Source: Escherichia coli
Lineage (GTDB): Bacteria; Pseudomonadota; Gammaproteobacteria; Enterobacterales; Enterobacteriaceae
Strand: one strand, 5' to 3'
Assembly: GCF_022846255.1 (NCBI RefSeq)
Contig: NZ_AP025682.1
DNA length: 64,000 nucleotides
Shown: positions 31,338 through 42,983 of the stretch, one piece after another
How positions within the stretch are numbered: position 1 is the first letter of the stretch
Layout of the letters: each line of letters opens with the position of its first letter
Notes under the pieces: model-generated
Databases searched by the model: none
What the model was told of the DNA's origin: nothing
The model's input: only the letters and a program-made list of their open reading frames with translations
Made by a program: the position numbers and the translations under genes

Positions 31338-31459
31338 AAAAAAAAGCCGACTCATCAAAGTCGGCGTCGTACGAATCAATTGTGCTATGCAGTAATTCAA
31401 AAAAGGAAGTAAGACAATATGGAGCGCAACGCCCATCGCTTGACGTTGCATTCACCTGC
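31338..31459 (-). ncRNA. fnrS: FnrS small RNA (FNR-activated)
   Basis: Minus strand reads gcaggtgaatgcaacgtcaagcgatgggcgttgcgctccatattgtcttacttcctttttt...gccgactttgatgagtcggctttttttt, matching FnrS as recalled; ~122 nt; between zntB and dbpA. Confidence 0.75.
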
Positions 31460-31494
31460 AAGAGAGATATTGCCCTGAATGGGTAGAGAGTTTA

Positions 31495-31508
31495 TTGACT
31501 TCGCTCAA
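31495..31508 (-). promoter_or_regulatory. FNR-binding site of the fnrS promoter
   Basis: TTGAC-ttcg-CTCAA centred about 42 bp upstream of the inferred fnrS 5' end, the spacing of a class II FNR site. Confidence 0.6.
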
Positions 31509-31554
31509 ACTTTACGGCGTTTTTGTATACAGATAGCCGGAAAAATTGCTTTTG

Positions 31555-32559
<1,005 letters not shown>

Positions 32560-32792
32560 TTATTTTGTAGTCTAGCCTTCTGGCCCTGTTACGCAACATC
32601 TCATCACCCCATTACCCTGAAATGATTAATAAAATTCTGTCTAAATTGAATACAAAAAGCAAAATGCTTTTCCGTATACAAACCGTGTGAAGTGTTAAAT
32701 AGCGTCTATCATTATCAGAATTATCTGATCATATGACGTGGCTTTTTTGCGATCGGATAGCAACAAAAATTGATAAAAATAATGGGATCTCA

Positions 32793-34025
32793 ATGATTAC
32801 ACACAACTTCAATACTCTGGACTTACTCACCAGTCCTGTCTGGATCGTTTCGCCCTTTGAGGAACAGTTAATTTATGCCAACAGCGAGGCGCGACTGTTG
32901 ATGCAAGACCTCACGTTTAGTCAGCTACGAACCGGTCCCTATTCCGTCTCCTCACAAAAAGAACTGCCGAAATACCTCTCCGATCTGCAAAATCAACACG
33001 ATATTATCGAAATCCTCACCGTTCAGCGCAATGAAGAGGAAACAGCATTGAGCTGTCGACTTGTTTTGCGAAAGCTGACAGAAGCAGAACCGGTGATTAT
33101 TTTCGAAGGTATCGAAGCGCCGGCAACACTGGGTTTAAAAGCCAGTCGCTCGGCAAATTATCAGCGCAAAAAACAAGGTTTTTATGCGCGCTTTTTTCTG
33201 ACTAACTCTGCACCAATGTTGTTGATTGACCCCTCACGAGATGGCCAAATCGTCGATGCTAACCTCGCTGCGCTCAATTTCTATGGTTATAACCATGAAA
33301 CGATGTGCCAGAAACATACCTGGGAAATTAATATGCTCGGGCGTCGCGTCATGCCTATCATGCATGAAATCTCGCATTTACCCGGTGGTCATAAACCTTT
33401 GAATTTTATTCATAAACTGGCGGATGGTTCGACTCGTCATGTGCAGACCTATGCCGGGCCGATTGAAATTTATGGCGACAAGCTCATGTTATGTATTGTG
33501 CATGATATTACTGAGCAAAAACGGCTGGAGGAGCAGCTGGAACATGCTGCCCACCATGATGCGATGACCGGATTACTGAATCGGCGACAGTTTTATCACA
33601 TTACCGAGCCAGGCCAAATGCAGCACCTCGCCATCGCTCAGGATTACAGCTTGTTGCTCATCGACACCGATCGTTTTAAACACATTAACGATCTCTATGG
33701 GCATTCTAAAGGTGATGAGGTGTTATGCGCCCTTGCCCGCACTCTCGAAAGTTGCGCTCGCAAAGGCGATTTGGTGTTTCGTTGGGGAGGCGAAGAGTTT
33801 GTCTTATTGCTACCAAGAACCCCACTGGATACCGCGCTTTCGCTGGCTGAAACTATCCGCGTAAGCGTGGCAAAAGTGAGTATTTCGGGCTTACCACGCT
33901 TTACTGTCAGCATTGGTGTGGCGCACCACGAAGGAAATGAAAGCATCGATGAACTGTTTAAACGCGTTGATGATGCTTTGTATCGAGCGAAAAATGATGG
34001 ACGCAACCGCGTGCTGGCGGCATAA
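32793..34025 (+). CDS. dgcM: Diguanylate cyclase with PAS domains, 410 aa
   Basis: Start at ATG 32793; PAS regions followed by a GGDEF domain (RWGGEEFVLLL); 410 aa. Confidence 0.85.
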   Translation: MITHNFNTLDLLTSPVWIVSPFEEQLIYANSEARLLMQDLTFSQLRTGPYSVSSQKELPKYLSDLQNQHDIIEILTVQRNEEETALSCRLVLRKLTEAEPVIIFEGIEAPATLGLKASRSANYQRKKQGFYARFFLTNSAPMLLIDPSRDGQIVDANLAALNFYGYNHETMCQKHTWEINMLGRRVMPIMHEISHLPGGHKPLNFIHKLADGSTRHVQTYAGPIEIYGDKLMLCIVHDITEQKRLEEQLEHAAHHDAMTGLLNRRQFYHITEPGQMQHLAIAQDYSLLLIDTDRFKHINDLYGHSKGDEVLCALARTLESCARKGDLVFRWGGEEFVLLLPRTPLDTALSLAETIRVSVAKVSISGLPRFTVSIGVAHHEGNESIDELFKRVDDALYRAKNDGRNRVLAA

Positions 34026-34045
34026 GCCACGGATGCGTCTCGTGA

Positions 34046-34609
34046 TCAACGACTGCGCTTAGCGTGGCGCTCCCAGTTTTCTTGCTTCGCCTGCGCTGTT
34101 TTACGTAGTGCGACGTAACACGCCCCGCTGCCGCCATGATGCGGTAGCGCAGTGCAATATGCCTGAACATCATCAAATTCGGTCAGCCAGCGCGCCACAT
34201 AGCTGCGGACAATATTGGCATGCGATTTATCATCCCGTCCTTTGCCATGAATAATCAGCACGTTACGCAAACCATCCGCCAGGGCTTGTTGAATGAAACT
34301 GAACATCATTTTGCGGCACTCTTCCACCGGCTGGCGCAAAAGATTCAGGCTCGCCTGTTGCGGATATTTACCACTGCGCAGCTTATCCAGCACCCCATGT
34401 TGCAACCCTTCCCGCCGAAACTCCAGCGGCTGACTTAGCGGGATGATGTCGAGAAATCCAGTGGTGAGGAAATTATCAAGTTGCAGCGTGTCGATACGCT
34501 GCGGCGCACGTTGGTTACGCGTTGGATGCCAGTGGACATCTGTAGCACGTTTCAGCGGCTGGACATCTTCCATGGCGTCAAGAAACAGCGATTTGTCGTC
34601 AAGGTTCAT
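34046..34609 (-). CDS. smrA: Smr-domain protein (putative DNA endonuclease), 187 aa
   Basis: C-terminal Smr domain (LIIHGKGRDD...); 187 aa; downstream of dgcM as ydaL is in K-12. Confidence 0.85.
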   Translation of the reverse strand: MNLDDKSLFLDAMEDVQPLKRATDVHWHPTRNQRAPQRIDTLQLDNFLTTGFLDIIPLSQPLEFRREGLQHGVLDKLRSGKYPQQASLNLLRQPVEECRKMMFSFIQQALADGLRNVLIIHGKGRDDKSHANIVRSYVARWLTEFDDVQAYCTALPHHGGSGACYVALRKTAQAKQENWERHAKRSR

Positions 34610-34803
34610 GTAACCTCCTATGCACCTTCACACGTCGTGATTCAGACGGGTTAATTGTTCATACTTACTGCATCGTTCCCTTCACAGATTGAAACAATAC
34701 TCTACTTCATACCTGTGAGTATCTGCGCAGGCGGGGCATTTTATACTAGCCTGTTAGCAGTATCGAACAGTTTAGCCCGAGTTTAATTCAGCACAGGCTC
34801 CGA

Positions 34804-36318
34804 TCAGGATGATTTATTCATAGCAGGAACCAACAAAAATGCGATAAATAACAGACCACTGATTAGCAGAAAGGTATCCGAAAATGCCATAGTTTGCGCC
34901 TCCCTCAGCATCAATTGACTCAATAATTTGGTTGAAGCCAGTATTTCCGATGTCTGGTCACTTCCACTGCGATTAAAAAACAAAGCACTTCTGGAAATGA
35001 AGTCATTCACCGTATGGGGAACAGAAACCATTTTTTCACCCATTCTCGAAAAATGAAAATTAGTTCGATTATTGAGAATAGAGCCACACAGGGCAATACC
35101 AATTGCGCCCCCAAGATTACGTGTTAAATTAAATACACCAGAGGCTAACTTCAGCCGTTCTTTTGGAATTCCCCCCAGCGTTAATGTTACGATGGGGGCC
35201 ATCGCAAACTGCTGCGAAATCCCTCTAATTGCCTGTGGAAACAGTAACTCCTGCCATCCCCATTCGTGGGTTATAGGGGTAAAAAGATACATTGAAAACA
35301 CAAATCCGCCCAGCCCCGCCATCAACAGCCATTGCAGATTTATTTTTTTACTTAACCAGAAGTAAAAGGGAACAGAAAATAACTGGAAAATACCTGTTGT
35401 GCAAACGGCAAAACCTATCTCTTCGGCATTTAATCCGCGAACCTGCCCCAAAAACACAGGTATTAAATATACAGTAGAGAATATTCCAACCCCTCCAGAA
35501 AAAGAAAAGAAACATCCCAGTGTGAAATATTTATCCTTAAAAGCATGAAGATCCATTATCGGATTGGATATTTTAAGTGTACGCGCAGCAAATAAAATAA
35601 AACTTACCAATGCCAGAACTGATGTCAGCAAAATAGTATTATCATCCAGCCATCCCCAGCGCGCTCCTTCTTCAAGGGTATATTCCAGACATCCCAGTGT
35701 CATGGCCAACAGGATAATACTCGGATAATCAGCAACTTTCAGTAAAGAGAGATCAGGTTTATCAAAATTAACCAGAAAAGGAATACTCAAAACTAAATAT
35801 ATGCCCGGTAATATATTGATATAAAATAGCCATCGCCAGTCGAGGTTATCAGTGATCCAGCCCCCCAGAGTTGGCCCTAGCGTCGGTGACAGTGAGGCCA
35901 GCGCACTGACTACCGCAGCAGCCAACCCCAACTCTTTACCCTGGTAATAAATAAACGCCGTCGTGAAAACTAAAGGGATCATGGATGCGCCAGCAACTCC
36001 CTGTAAAGCACGAAAAAAAATCATGATCTGAATATTCCATGCAAGTCCACAAGCGATACTCATTAAAGTAAATATTCCCGCGGATAGAGTAAAAAGCCAA
36101 CGAGTGGAAAATACCCGTGACAGCCACCCAGAGAGCGGAATAACAATAATCTCGGCAATTAAATAGCTGGTCTGAAGCCAGGCCATTTCGTCTTTACCTG
36201 CGGACAGACCACCACCTATTTCATTTAGGGATGACGATACAATTTGAATATCAAGCTGAGCAATAAATAATCCAATACACATACTGGCGAAAGCAATATG
36301 TTTACGCATAGACATCAT
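34804..36318 (-). CDS. MFS multidrug efflux transporter, EmrB/QacA (DHA2) family, 504 aa
   Basis: ~14 predicted TM segments with DHA2 motifs; overlaps the upstream membrane-fusion gene by 4 bp. Confidence 0.8.
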   Translation of the reverse strand: MMSMRKHIAFASMCIGLFIAQLDIQIVSSSLNEIGGGLSAGKDEMAWLQTSYLIAEIIVIPLSGWLSRVFSTRWLFTLSAGIFTLMSIACGLAWNIQIMIFFRALQGVAGASMIPLVFTTAFIYYQGKELGLAAAVVSALASLSPTLGPTLGGWITDNLDWRWLFYINILPGIYLVLSIPFLVNFDKPDLSLLKVADYPSIILLAMTLGCLEYTLEEGARWGWLDDNTILLTSVLALVSFILFAARTLKISNPIMDLHAFKDKYFTLGCFFSFSGGVGIFSTVYLIPVFLGQVRGLNAEEIGFAVCTTGIFQLFSVPFYFWLSKKINLQWLLMAGLGGFVFSMYLFTPITHEWGWQELLFPQAIRGISQQFAMAPIVTLTLGGIPKERLKLASGVFNLTRNLGGAIGIALCGSILNNRTNFHFSRMGEKMVSVPHTVNDFISRSALFFNRSGSDQTSEILASTKLLSQLMLREAQTMAFSDTFLLISGLLFIAFLLVPAMNKSS

Positions 36319-37346
36319 CTCTCATCAACACTGACGGTGACGGACAGTCCCGGGCGAAGAAGTTGCTTTAATTCCTTTGCGTCGTCAAATGCAATCCGTA
36401 CCGGGACACGCTGAACAATTTTGGTGAAATTGCCAGTGGCATTTTCTATCGGAATCAAGCTGAAACTGGCTCCTGTCGCTGGGGAAAGGCTTTCAATGTG
36501 ACCGTGAAACACTTCCCCTTTGAGAATATCAGCACGGATCTCAGCCTTCATTCCTGGCTTCATTCCCGCTATTTGGTTTTCTTTATAATTTGCATCAACC
36601 CACAACTCACTGACTGGTACTAGTGAAACTAACGATGTGCCGCCTTCCACCCAACTGCCTGTATGGGCGCTGCGGTTTGCGACAATGCCATCAATCGGCG
36701 CACGAACAAGGGTATATTCCAGATCCAGTAGTGCCTGAGTCAAAGCGGCCTGAACTTCTTCGATACTTGCACGTACGTTTTCTTCCTGAGCAGATAAAAC
36801 TGCCAGCCGTTGCTTCTCCACCAGGAAATCGTTCGCGGCTTTGCGCTCCTTTGCTGCGACCTGCTGGTAGTCAAACCTGGCGTTATCAATAATTTGTTGC
36901 GATATTGCCGCTGATTGTGCGAGTTTTTCATAACGTTCAGTATCTCGCAGGCGCTTTTGCTCCTCATGTTTTACTGCCTGCCATGTTTCACTGGCACTTT
37001 GAATTATCGACTGCTGCATCGCAATAGTGGCTTGAATGCTTTCGAGATTGGCTTTGCTACTTTTTATTTTTGCCTCAAGCCTGCCGACATTTGCACGATA
37101 ATCCCGATCATCGAGACGCAGGATAATATCGCCTTTTTTTACACTCTGATTATCGCGCACCTCTATAGCAGAAATATAACCAGAAACTTTACTTGCCACC
37201 GTGGTGATATTACCACCAATGTAAGCATCATCCGTCGTCTGTATAAATCTTCCTTTGCTTACCCACCAGATAAAAAAGACAACGCCAGCCAAAAGAATAC
37301 CGATCGCTACCACCCCAATAAGCTGTTTTTTAGAAATTATCATCAT
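36315..37346 (-). CDS. Membrane fusion protein, HlyD/EmrA family, 343 aa
   Basis: N-terminal TM anchor, coiled-coil region and HlyD-type beta-barrel; translationally coupled to the MFS gene. Confidence 0.8.
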   Translation of the reverse strand: MMIISKKQLIGVVAIGILLAGVVFFIWWVSKGRFIQTTDDAYIGGNITTVASKVSGYISAIEVRDNQSVKKGDIILRLDDRDYRANVGRLEAKIKSSKANLESIQATIAMQQSIIQSASETWQAVKHEEQKRLRDTERYEKLAQSAAISQQIIDNARFDYQQVAAKERKAANDFLVEKQRLAVLSAQEENVRASIEEVQAALTQALLDLEYTLVRAPIDGIVANRSAHTGSWVEGGTSLVSLVPVSELWVDANYKENQIAGMKPGMKAEIRADILKGEVFHGHIESLSPATGASFSLIPIENATGNFTKIVQRVPVRIAFDDAKELKQLLRPGLSVTVSVDER

Positions 37347-37439
37347 TCTTTACACCGTATATATCCGGAAACTTGCATACGTCATATTTAAAATTTAACA
37401 TGGCTTATTTGATGATTTCTGACAAAATACCTACTGTAA

Positions 37440-38255
37440 ATGACAATCACACTGCAACCCAAAGCATCACCAGGGCATCACATTATCGGACTGGATTCGG
37501 AACATCTGAATGGAGGCACAGTTCCCTGGCATAAACATCTCTATGCCCAGTTGCTTTACCCGGCTGAAGGAGTCGTTCGTATATGGGCTGGAGAAAGCGT
37601 CTGGCTAGTGCATGCCAGCAGCGCGCTTTGGCTGCCCCCACAAATGCCGCATAAGTTTGTTGCGACAGGCAACGTACTTTTAAAAACCGTACTGGTTTCA
37701 GAAGCGGAAAGTGAAACGCTGGGAAAAGTTTGCTTCATGACGGGTATTTCACCCCTGTTAAGGGAATTACTAATTGCAATTAACCAACTTCCACCGTCGC
37801 AAAGTACCACAGATAAACAACAGTTACGTTTTTCAGCCCTCGAGACACTGATACTTCAGGAAATAAAAATGGGGGTGAAAATGTCACTTGAACTCCCTTG
37901 GCCAAATGATGAGCTGCTACAGCAGCTTTGTGAGAATTTGCTAAACAACCAAGGGTATCTGCCAACACTGGATAATCTAGCGGATAAAATTAACGTCAGT
38001 AGCCGTACACTCATGCGCTTATTTGTTAAAGAGACGGGATTAACATTTCGCCACTGGGTTCAGCAAATGCACGTTATTTCTGCAGTGACGCTTCTTGATG
38101 ATGGATATTCGTTGACCAAAATTGCCCATCGTCTGGGCTATGCCTCAGCTGAATCGTTCGGCAATATGTTTAAGCGTCGAACGGGCTACTCACCCGGTAA
38201 ATTTACTCGTCGATTAACGATGCATGATTATGCAATCACAAGACAAATGATTTAA
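37440..38255 (+). CDS. AraC-family transcriptional regulator with cupin-like N-terminal domain, 271 aa
   Basis: C-terminal AraC HTH (KIAHRLGYASAESFGNMFKRRTGYSPGKF); divergent from the MFP-MFS operon. Confidence 0.75.
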   Translation: MTITLQPKASPGHHIIGLDSEHLNGGTVPWHKHLYAQLLYPAEGVVRIWAGESVWLVHASSALWLPPQMPHKFVATGNVLLKTVLVSEAESETLGKVCFMTGISPLLRELLIAINQLPPSQSTTDKQQLRFSALETLILQEIKMGVKMSLELPWPNDELLQQLCENLLNNQGYLPTLDNLADKINVSSRTLMRLFVKETGLTFRHWVQQMHVISAVTLLDDGYSLTKIAHRLGYASAESFGNMFKRRTGYSPGKFTRRLTMHDYAITRQMI

Positions 38256-38324
38256 CTTATATTTTCGTGAAATCTGTCACTGAAGAAAATTGGCAACGGA
38301 TGGGTAAAACCGTTATAACACTGT

Positions 38325-38420
38325 CACCGGTCACCAGGACCCCAGGCCGGATTTAAGACGAGGATGCACTGCTGTGTGTACTGTAGAGTCTGGCGGATGT
38401 CGACAGGCTCTATTTTTTTA
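38325..38420 (+). ncRNA. mcaS: McaS (IsrA) small RNA
   Basis: ...ggccggatttaagacgaggatgcactgctgtgtgtactgtagagtctggcggatgtcgacaggctctattttttt matches McaS as recalled, including GGA motifs and terminal hairpin plus U-run. Confidence 0.65.
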
Positions 38421-38626
38421 TTCATTTTTTAGCTCTGTAAATAACCACATTCTCGCCGGGATTGGGGAATGAGTGACGAGATCAGTGGTGTCTGGCGGCT
38501 ATCACGCCACAGAATCAAATAACGGATAGCCTACGGTAAAATTTCGCTGACTGGAATTATCCCACCCTCGATCCATGTGATGGCTTGCCCTCATTTCTTC
38601 AGGCAGAAAAATCAAAAAATCGCTTT

Positions 38627-38776
38627 ATGCTTAAATACTGCGACAAACCAGACGCGAAACCTGGTACTTACTTTTTGTTAGTATTAATCTTTTTGGTGGT
38701 ATGGCTGCTGATGTTGCTGGCGTGGTATCTTGTTGGCTTGCCGATAGGTCCGGGTATTTACCCACGTTTGTCTTAA
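38627..38776 (+). CDS. Hypothetical 49 aa single-TM peptide immediately upstream of ogt (possibly a 3' remnant of abgT)
   Basis: [55 protein letters not shown]; no clear RBS; occupies the position of the abgT 3' end in K-12. Confidence 0.25.
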
Positions 38777-38786
38777 GAGAGAACGG

Positions 38787-39302
38787 ATGCTGAGATTACT
38801 TGAAGAAAAAATTGCCACGCCACTGGGTCCACTGTGGGTGATTTGCGATGAGCAATTTCGCCTGCGGGCGGTTGAATGGGAAGAGTACAGCGAACGCATG
38901 GTGCAGCTGCTGGACATCCATTACCGCAAAGAAGGCTATGAACGTATTTCTGCCACCAACCCAGGTGGTTTAAGTGACAAGCTTCGTGAATATTTTGCCG
39001 GTAATCTTAGCATTATTGATACGCTTCCCACTGCCACGGGGGGGACGCCATTTCAGCGCGAAGTCTGGAAAACACTGCGCACTATCCCCTGCGGGCAGGT
39101 AATGCATTATGGCCAACTGGCTGAACAATTAGGCCGCCCTGGCGCGGCGCGTGCCGTTGGTGCGGCAAACGGATCGAATCCCATCAGCATCGTCGTACCT
39201 TGCCATCGGGTTATTGGCCGAAACGGCACCATGACCGGATATGCAGGCGGAGTTCAGCGAAAAGAGTGGTTATTGCGCCACGAAGGTTATCTTTTGCTGT
39301 AA
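38787..39302 (+). CDS. ogt: O6-alkylguanine-DNA alkyltransferase, 171 aa
   Basis: Active-site PCHRVI motif; 171 aa; upstream of fnr. Confidence 0.9.
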
Positions 39303-39463
39303 ACATTAAACAATTTGTGCCAGCTTGTTCACACTTTTATGTAAAGTCACCCTTAACAACTTAAGGGTTTTCAAATAGATAGACATATATTTACATCTAA
39401 TATCGGAATTCTCTGCTGTTAAGGTTTGCTTAGACTTACTTGCTCCCTAAAAAGATGTTAAAA

Positions 39464-39477
39464 TTGACAAATATCAA
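39464..39477 (+). promoter_or_regulatory. FNR box in the fnr promoter (autoregulation)
   Basis: TTGAC-aaat-ATCAA palindrome ~20 bp upstream of the fnr start codon. Confidence 0.55.
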
Positions 39478-39496
39478 TTACGGCTTGAGCAGACCT

Positions 39497-40249
39497 ATGA
39501 TCCCGGAAAAGCGAATTATACGGCGCATTCAGTCTGGCGGTTGTGCTATCCATTGCCAGGATTGCAGCATCAGCCAGCTTTGCATCCCGTTCACACTCAA
39601 CGAACATGAGCTTGATCAGCTTGATAATATCATTGAGCGGAAGAAGCCTATTCAGAAAGGCCAGACGCTGTTTAAGGCTGGAGATGAACTAAAATCGCTT
39701 TATGCCATCCGCTCCGGTACGATTAAAAGTTATACCATCACTGAGCAAGGCGACGAGCAAATCACTGGTTTCCATTTAGCAGGCGATCTGGTGGGATTTG
39801 ATGCCATCGGCAGCGGTCATCACCCGAGTTTCGCGCAGGCGCTGGAAACCTCGATGGTATGTGAAATCCCGTTCGAAACGCTGGACGATTTGTCTGGTAA
39901 AATGCCGAATCTGCGTCAGCAGATGATGCGTCTGATGAGCGGTGAAATCAAAGGCGATCAGGACATGATCCTGCTGTTGTCGAAGAAAAATGCCGAGGAA
40001 CGTCTGGCTGCATTCATCTACAACCTGTCCCGTCGTTTTGCCCAACGCGGCTTCTCCCCTCGTGAATTCCGCCTGACGATGACTCGTGGTGATATCGGTA
40101 ACTATCTGGGCCTGACGGTTGAAACCATCAGCCGTCTGCTGGGTCGCTTCCAGAAAAGCGGTATGCTGGCAGTCAAAGGTAAATACATCACTATCGAAAA
40201 TAACGATGCGCTGGCCCAGCTTGCTGGTCATACGCGTAACGTTGCCTGA
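39497..40249 (+). CDS. fnr: Fumarate/nitrate reduction transcriptional regulator, 250 aa
   Basis: Start [15 protein letters not shown]; N-terminal Cys cluster ([14 protein letters not shown]), CRP-family fold and C-terminal HTH; 250 aa. Confidence 0.95.
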
Positions 40250-40400
40250 TTCTTCCGCATAACTCACTATCCTTCTGTCATATCATTAAATTTTTCTGAT
40301 TTATTGATCTGACAGAAGGTTCATCACTGTTTCATTCACCAGATATGGGTTAATCTTTTAATTACAAACTGCGTTGACAGTTGTTGTAAGGAGACCCTGT

Positions 40401-41351
40401 ATGGCTATGTATCAGAACATGCTCGTTGTTATCGATCCTAACCAGGACGACCAACCAGCATTGCGGCGAGCTGTTTATTTACATCAACGGATTGGTGGCA
40501 AAATTAAAGCCTTTTTGCCGATCTATGACTTCTCATACGAAATGACCACCCTGCTCTCTCCGGACGAACGTACCGCTATGCGTCAGGGCGTCATCAGCCA
40601 GCGTACAGCCTGGATCCACGAGCAGGCAAAATATTATCTCAATGCTGGCGTTCCCATTGAAATTAAAGTGGTCTGGCATAACCGTCCTTTCGAAGCCATC
40701 ATTCAGGAAGTGATCAGCGGCGGGCACGATTTGGTGCTAAAAATGGCGCACCAACATGACCGTCTGGAAGCGGTGATTTTTACGCCAACGGACTGGCATC
40801 TGTTACGCAAATGCCCAAGCCCGGTGTGGATGGTGAAAGACCAGCCGTGGCCGGAAGGGGGTAAGGCGCTGGTGGCGGTGAATCTCGCCAGTGAAGAGCC
40901 GTACCATAATGCGCTCAATGAAAAACTGGTCAAAGAGACGATCGAACTGGCAGAACAAGTCAACCATACCGAAGTTCATCTGGTTGGCGCTTATCCGGTA
41001 ACGCCAATTAATATCGCGATTGAACTGCCGGAATTTGACCCGAGCGTTTATAACGATGCCATTCGTGGGCAACATTTGCTGGCAATGAAAGCTCTGCGGC
41101 AGAAATTCGGCATTAATGAAAACATGACGCACGTAGAAAAAGGTCTGCCAGAAGAGGTGATTCCTGATTTGGCGGAGCATTTACAGGCGGGGATTGTGGT
41201 TCTGGGCACGGTCGGACGCACCGGTATTTCAGCAGCATTCCTCGGCAACACGGCGGAACAGGTGATTGATCATCTTCGCTGCGACCTGCTGGTCATTAAA
41301 CCTGACCAGTATCAGACACCCGTTGAACTGGATGACGAAGAAGACGATTAA
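40401..41351 (+). CDS. uspE: Universal stress protein E (tandem Usp domains), 316 aa
   Basis: Start at [10 protein letters not shown] after aaggag RBS; two UspA domains; 316 aa. Confidence 0.9.
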   Translation: MAMYQNMLVVIDPNQDDQPALRRAVYLHQRIGGKIKAFLPIYDFSYEMTTLLSPDERTAMRQGVISQRTAWIHEQAKYYLNAGVPIEIKVVWHNRPFEAIIQEVISGGHDLVLKMAHQHDRLEAVIFTPTDWHLLRKCPSPVWMVKDQPWPEGGKALVAVNLASEEPYHNALNEKLVKETIELAEQVNHTEVHLVGAYPVTPINIAIELPEFDPSVYNDAIRGQHLLAMKALRQKFGINENMTHVEKGLPEEVIPDLAEHLQAGIVVLGTVGRTGISAAFLGNTAEQVIDHLRCDLLVIKPDQYQTPVELDDEEDD

Positions 41352-41372
41352 CGACTCTTCAATAACTGACAA

Positions 41373-41398
41373 GGCCCGAGTTATCGGGCCTATTTTTT
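41373..41398. terminator. Bidirectional intrinsic terminator between uspE and ynaJ
   Basis: ggcccgag-ttat-cgggcc hairpin followed by T6. Confidence 0.6.
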
Positions 41399-41400
41399 AC

Positions 41401-41658
41401 TTACTGCTCTTCGCCGCCAAGGAAATAAATTCCCAACGGGATTGCCAGCAACACAGTAAAGACCAGGCTATAAACAAAAATCATCGATGACTGAATCACA
41501 TACATTGATGTCGTCCACTCAGACAGCGGAATATTGTACTGTTCTATAACGCCGCCGATGGTCGCGCGAGTCACAACCGACGCCGCAATAATGAAAACCG
41601 CCAACAAACCAAAGAGAAATTTCTTCCCTTTCGCTGACTTCAGTTTCGCCATAATCAT
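41401..41658 (-). CDS. ynaJ: DUF2534 small inner-membrane protein, 85 aa
   Basis: 85 aa, two TM segments; convergent with uspE and divergent from ynaI as in K-12. Confidence 0.8.
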   Translation of the reverse strand: MIMAKLKSAKGKKFLFGLLAVFIIAASVVTRATIGGVIEQYNIPLSEWTTSMYVIQSSMIFVYSLVFTVLLAIPLGIYFLGGEEQ

Positions 41659-41901
41659 GATGTAATCCTTGTGCAGACAAATTTCTTGTTACCTAAACGT
41701 AACAATACCATGACATTTTACCGTTGTCTGCTCTGAAAATCTCACCTCTTAGCTGGATTTACAATCAACGCATTGATTAGTTAGCTAATGTTGCAACTTC
41801 CTTCCCTGACTATTGATGATCTGAATGAATTGTCGCGGTAAAATAGTCCCGCCAGGGGTTTCCGGCATGACGACAATTATCTGGAGGAGCCTGATAAAAC
41901 A

Positions 41902-42933
41902 ATGATCGCTGAACTGTTTACAAATAATGTGCTTAATCTGGTCATTATTTTCGGTAGCTGCGCAGCATTGATTCTGATGAGCTTTTGGTTTCGCCGTGGA
42001 AATCGTAAAAGAAAAGGATTTTTATTCCATGCGGTGCAATTTTTAATCTACACCATAATTATTAGTGCTGTTGGTAGCATCATTAACTATGTTATAGAAA
42101 ACTATAAACTCAAATTTATCACCCCAGGCGTTATCGATTTTATCTGTACGTCCCTGATTGCGGTTATTCTGACGATTAAGCTATTTCTGCTGATTAATCA
42201 GTTTGAAAAACAGCAGATTAAAAAAGGTCGCGATATCACCAGTGCGCGGATCATGTCGCGCATTATCAAAATCACCATTATTGTGGTGCTTGTTCTGCTT
42301 TATGGCGAACATTTCGGCATGAGCCTTTCTGGCTTGTTGACCTTTGGTGGTATTGGTGGTCTGGCTGTCGGTATGGCCGGTAAAGATATTCTGAGTAACT
42401 TCTTTTCCGGGATTATGCTCTATTTCGACCGTCCTTTCAGTATTGGCGACTGGATCCGTTCACCGGACAGAAATATCGAAGGTACAGTAACGGAAATTGG
42501 CTGGCGAATTACCAAAATTAAGACCTTTGATAATCGTCCATTGTACGTACCGAACTCGCTGTTTTCGTCGATCAGCGTAGAAAATCCTGGACGAATGACC
42601 AACCGGCGCATTACCACGACCATTGGTTTACGTTATGAGGATGCGGCAAAAGTGGGCGTTATTGTCGAAGCCGTACGTGAGATGCTGAAAAATCACCCGG
42701 CCATCGACCAGCGACAAACCTTACTGGTTTATTTCAACCAGTTTGCTGATTCGTCATTAAATATTATGGTTTATTGCTTTACCAAAACCACGGTATGGGC
42801 TGAGTGGCTTGCTGCACAGCAAGACGTTTATTTGAAGATTATCGATATTGTACAGTCACACGGCGCGGACTTTGCCTTCCCCAGCCAGACGCTGTATATG
42901 GATAACATTACACCGCCGGACCAGGGTCGCTAA
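41902..42933 (+). CDS. ynaI: Small-conductance mechanosensitive channel (MscS family), 343 aa
   Basis: Multi-TM N-terminus followed by an MscS-type beta domain; 343 aa. Confidence 0.9.
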   Translation: MIAELFTNNVLNLVIIFGSCAALILMSFWFRRGNRKRKGFLFHAVQFLIYTIIISAVGSIINYVIENYKLKFITPGVIDFICTSLIAVILTIKLFLLINQFEKQQIKKGRDITSARIMSRIIKITIIVVLVLLYGEHFGMSLSGLLTFGGIGGLAVGMAGKDILSNFFSGIMLYFDRPFSIGDWIRSPDRNIEGTVTEIGWRITKIKTFDNRPLYVPNSLFSSISVENPGRMTNRRITTTIGLRYEDAAKVGVIVEAVREMLKNHPAIDQRQTLLVYFNQFADSSLNIMVYCFTKTTVWAEWLAAQQDVYLKIIDIVQSHGADFAFPSQTLYMDNITPPDQGR

Positions 42934-42983
42934 ATCAGACATCACTGGCGTTATCCACAAGGGTAACGCCAGTTCCCATCACA

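Noticed and set aside
38585-38626. TTG-initiated 5' extension of the small ORF upstream of ogt (63 aa version in the ORF track)
   Set aside because: No RBS and a rare start codon; the ATG at 38627 is more plausible if the ORF is real at all.
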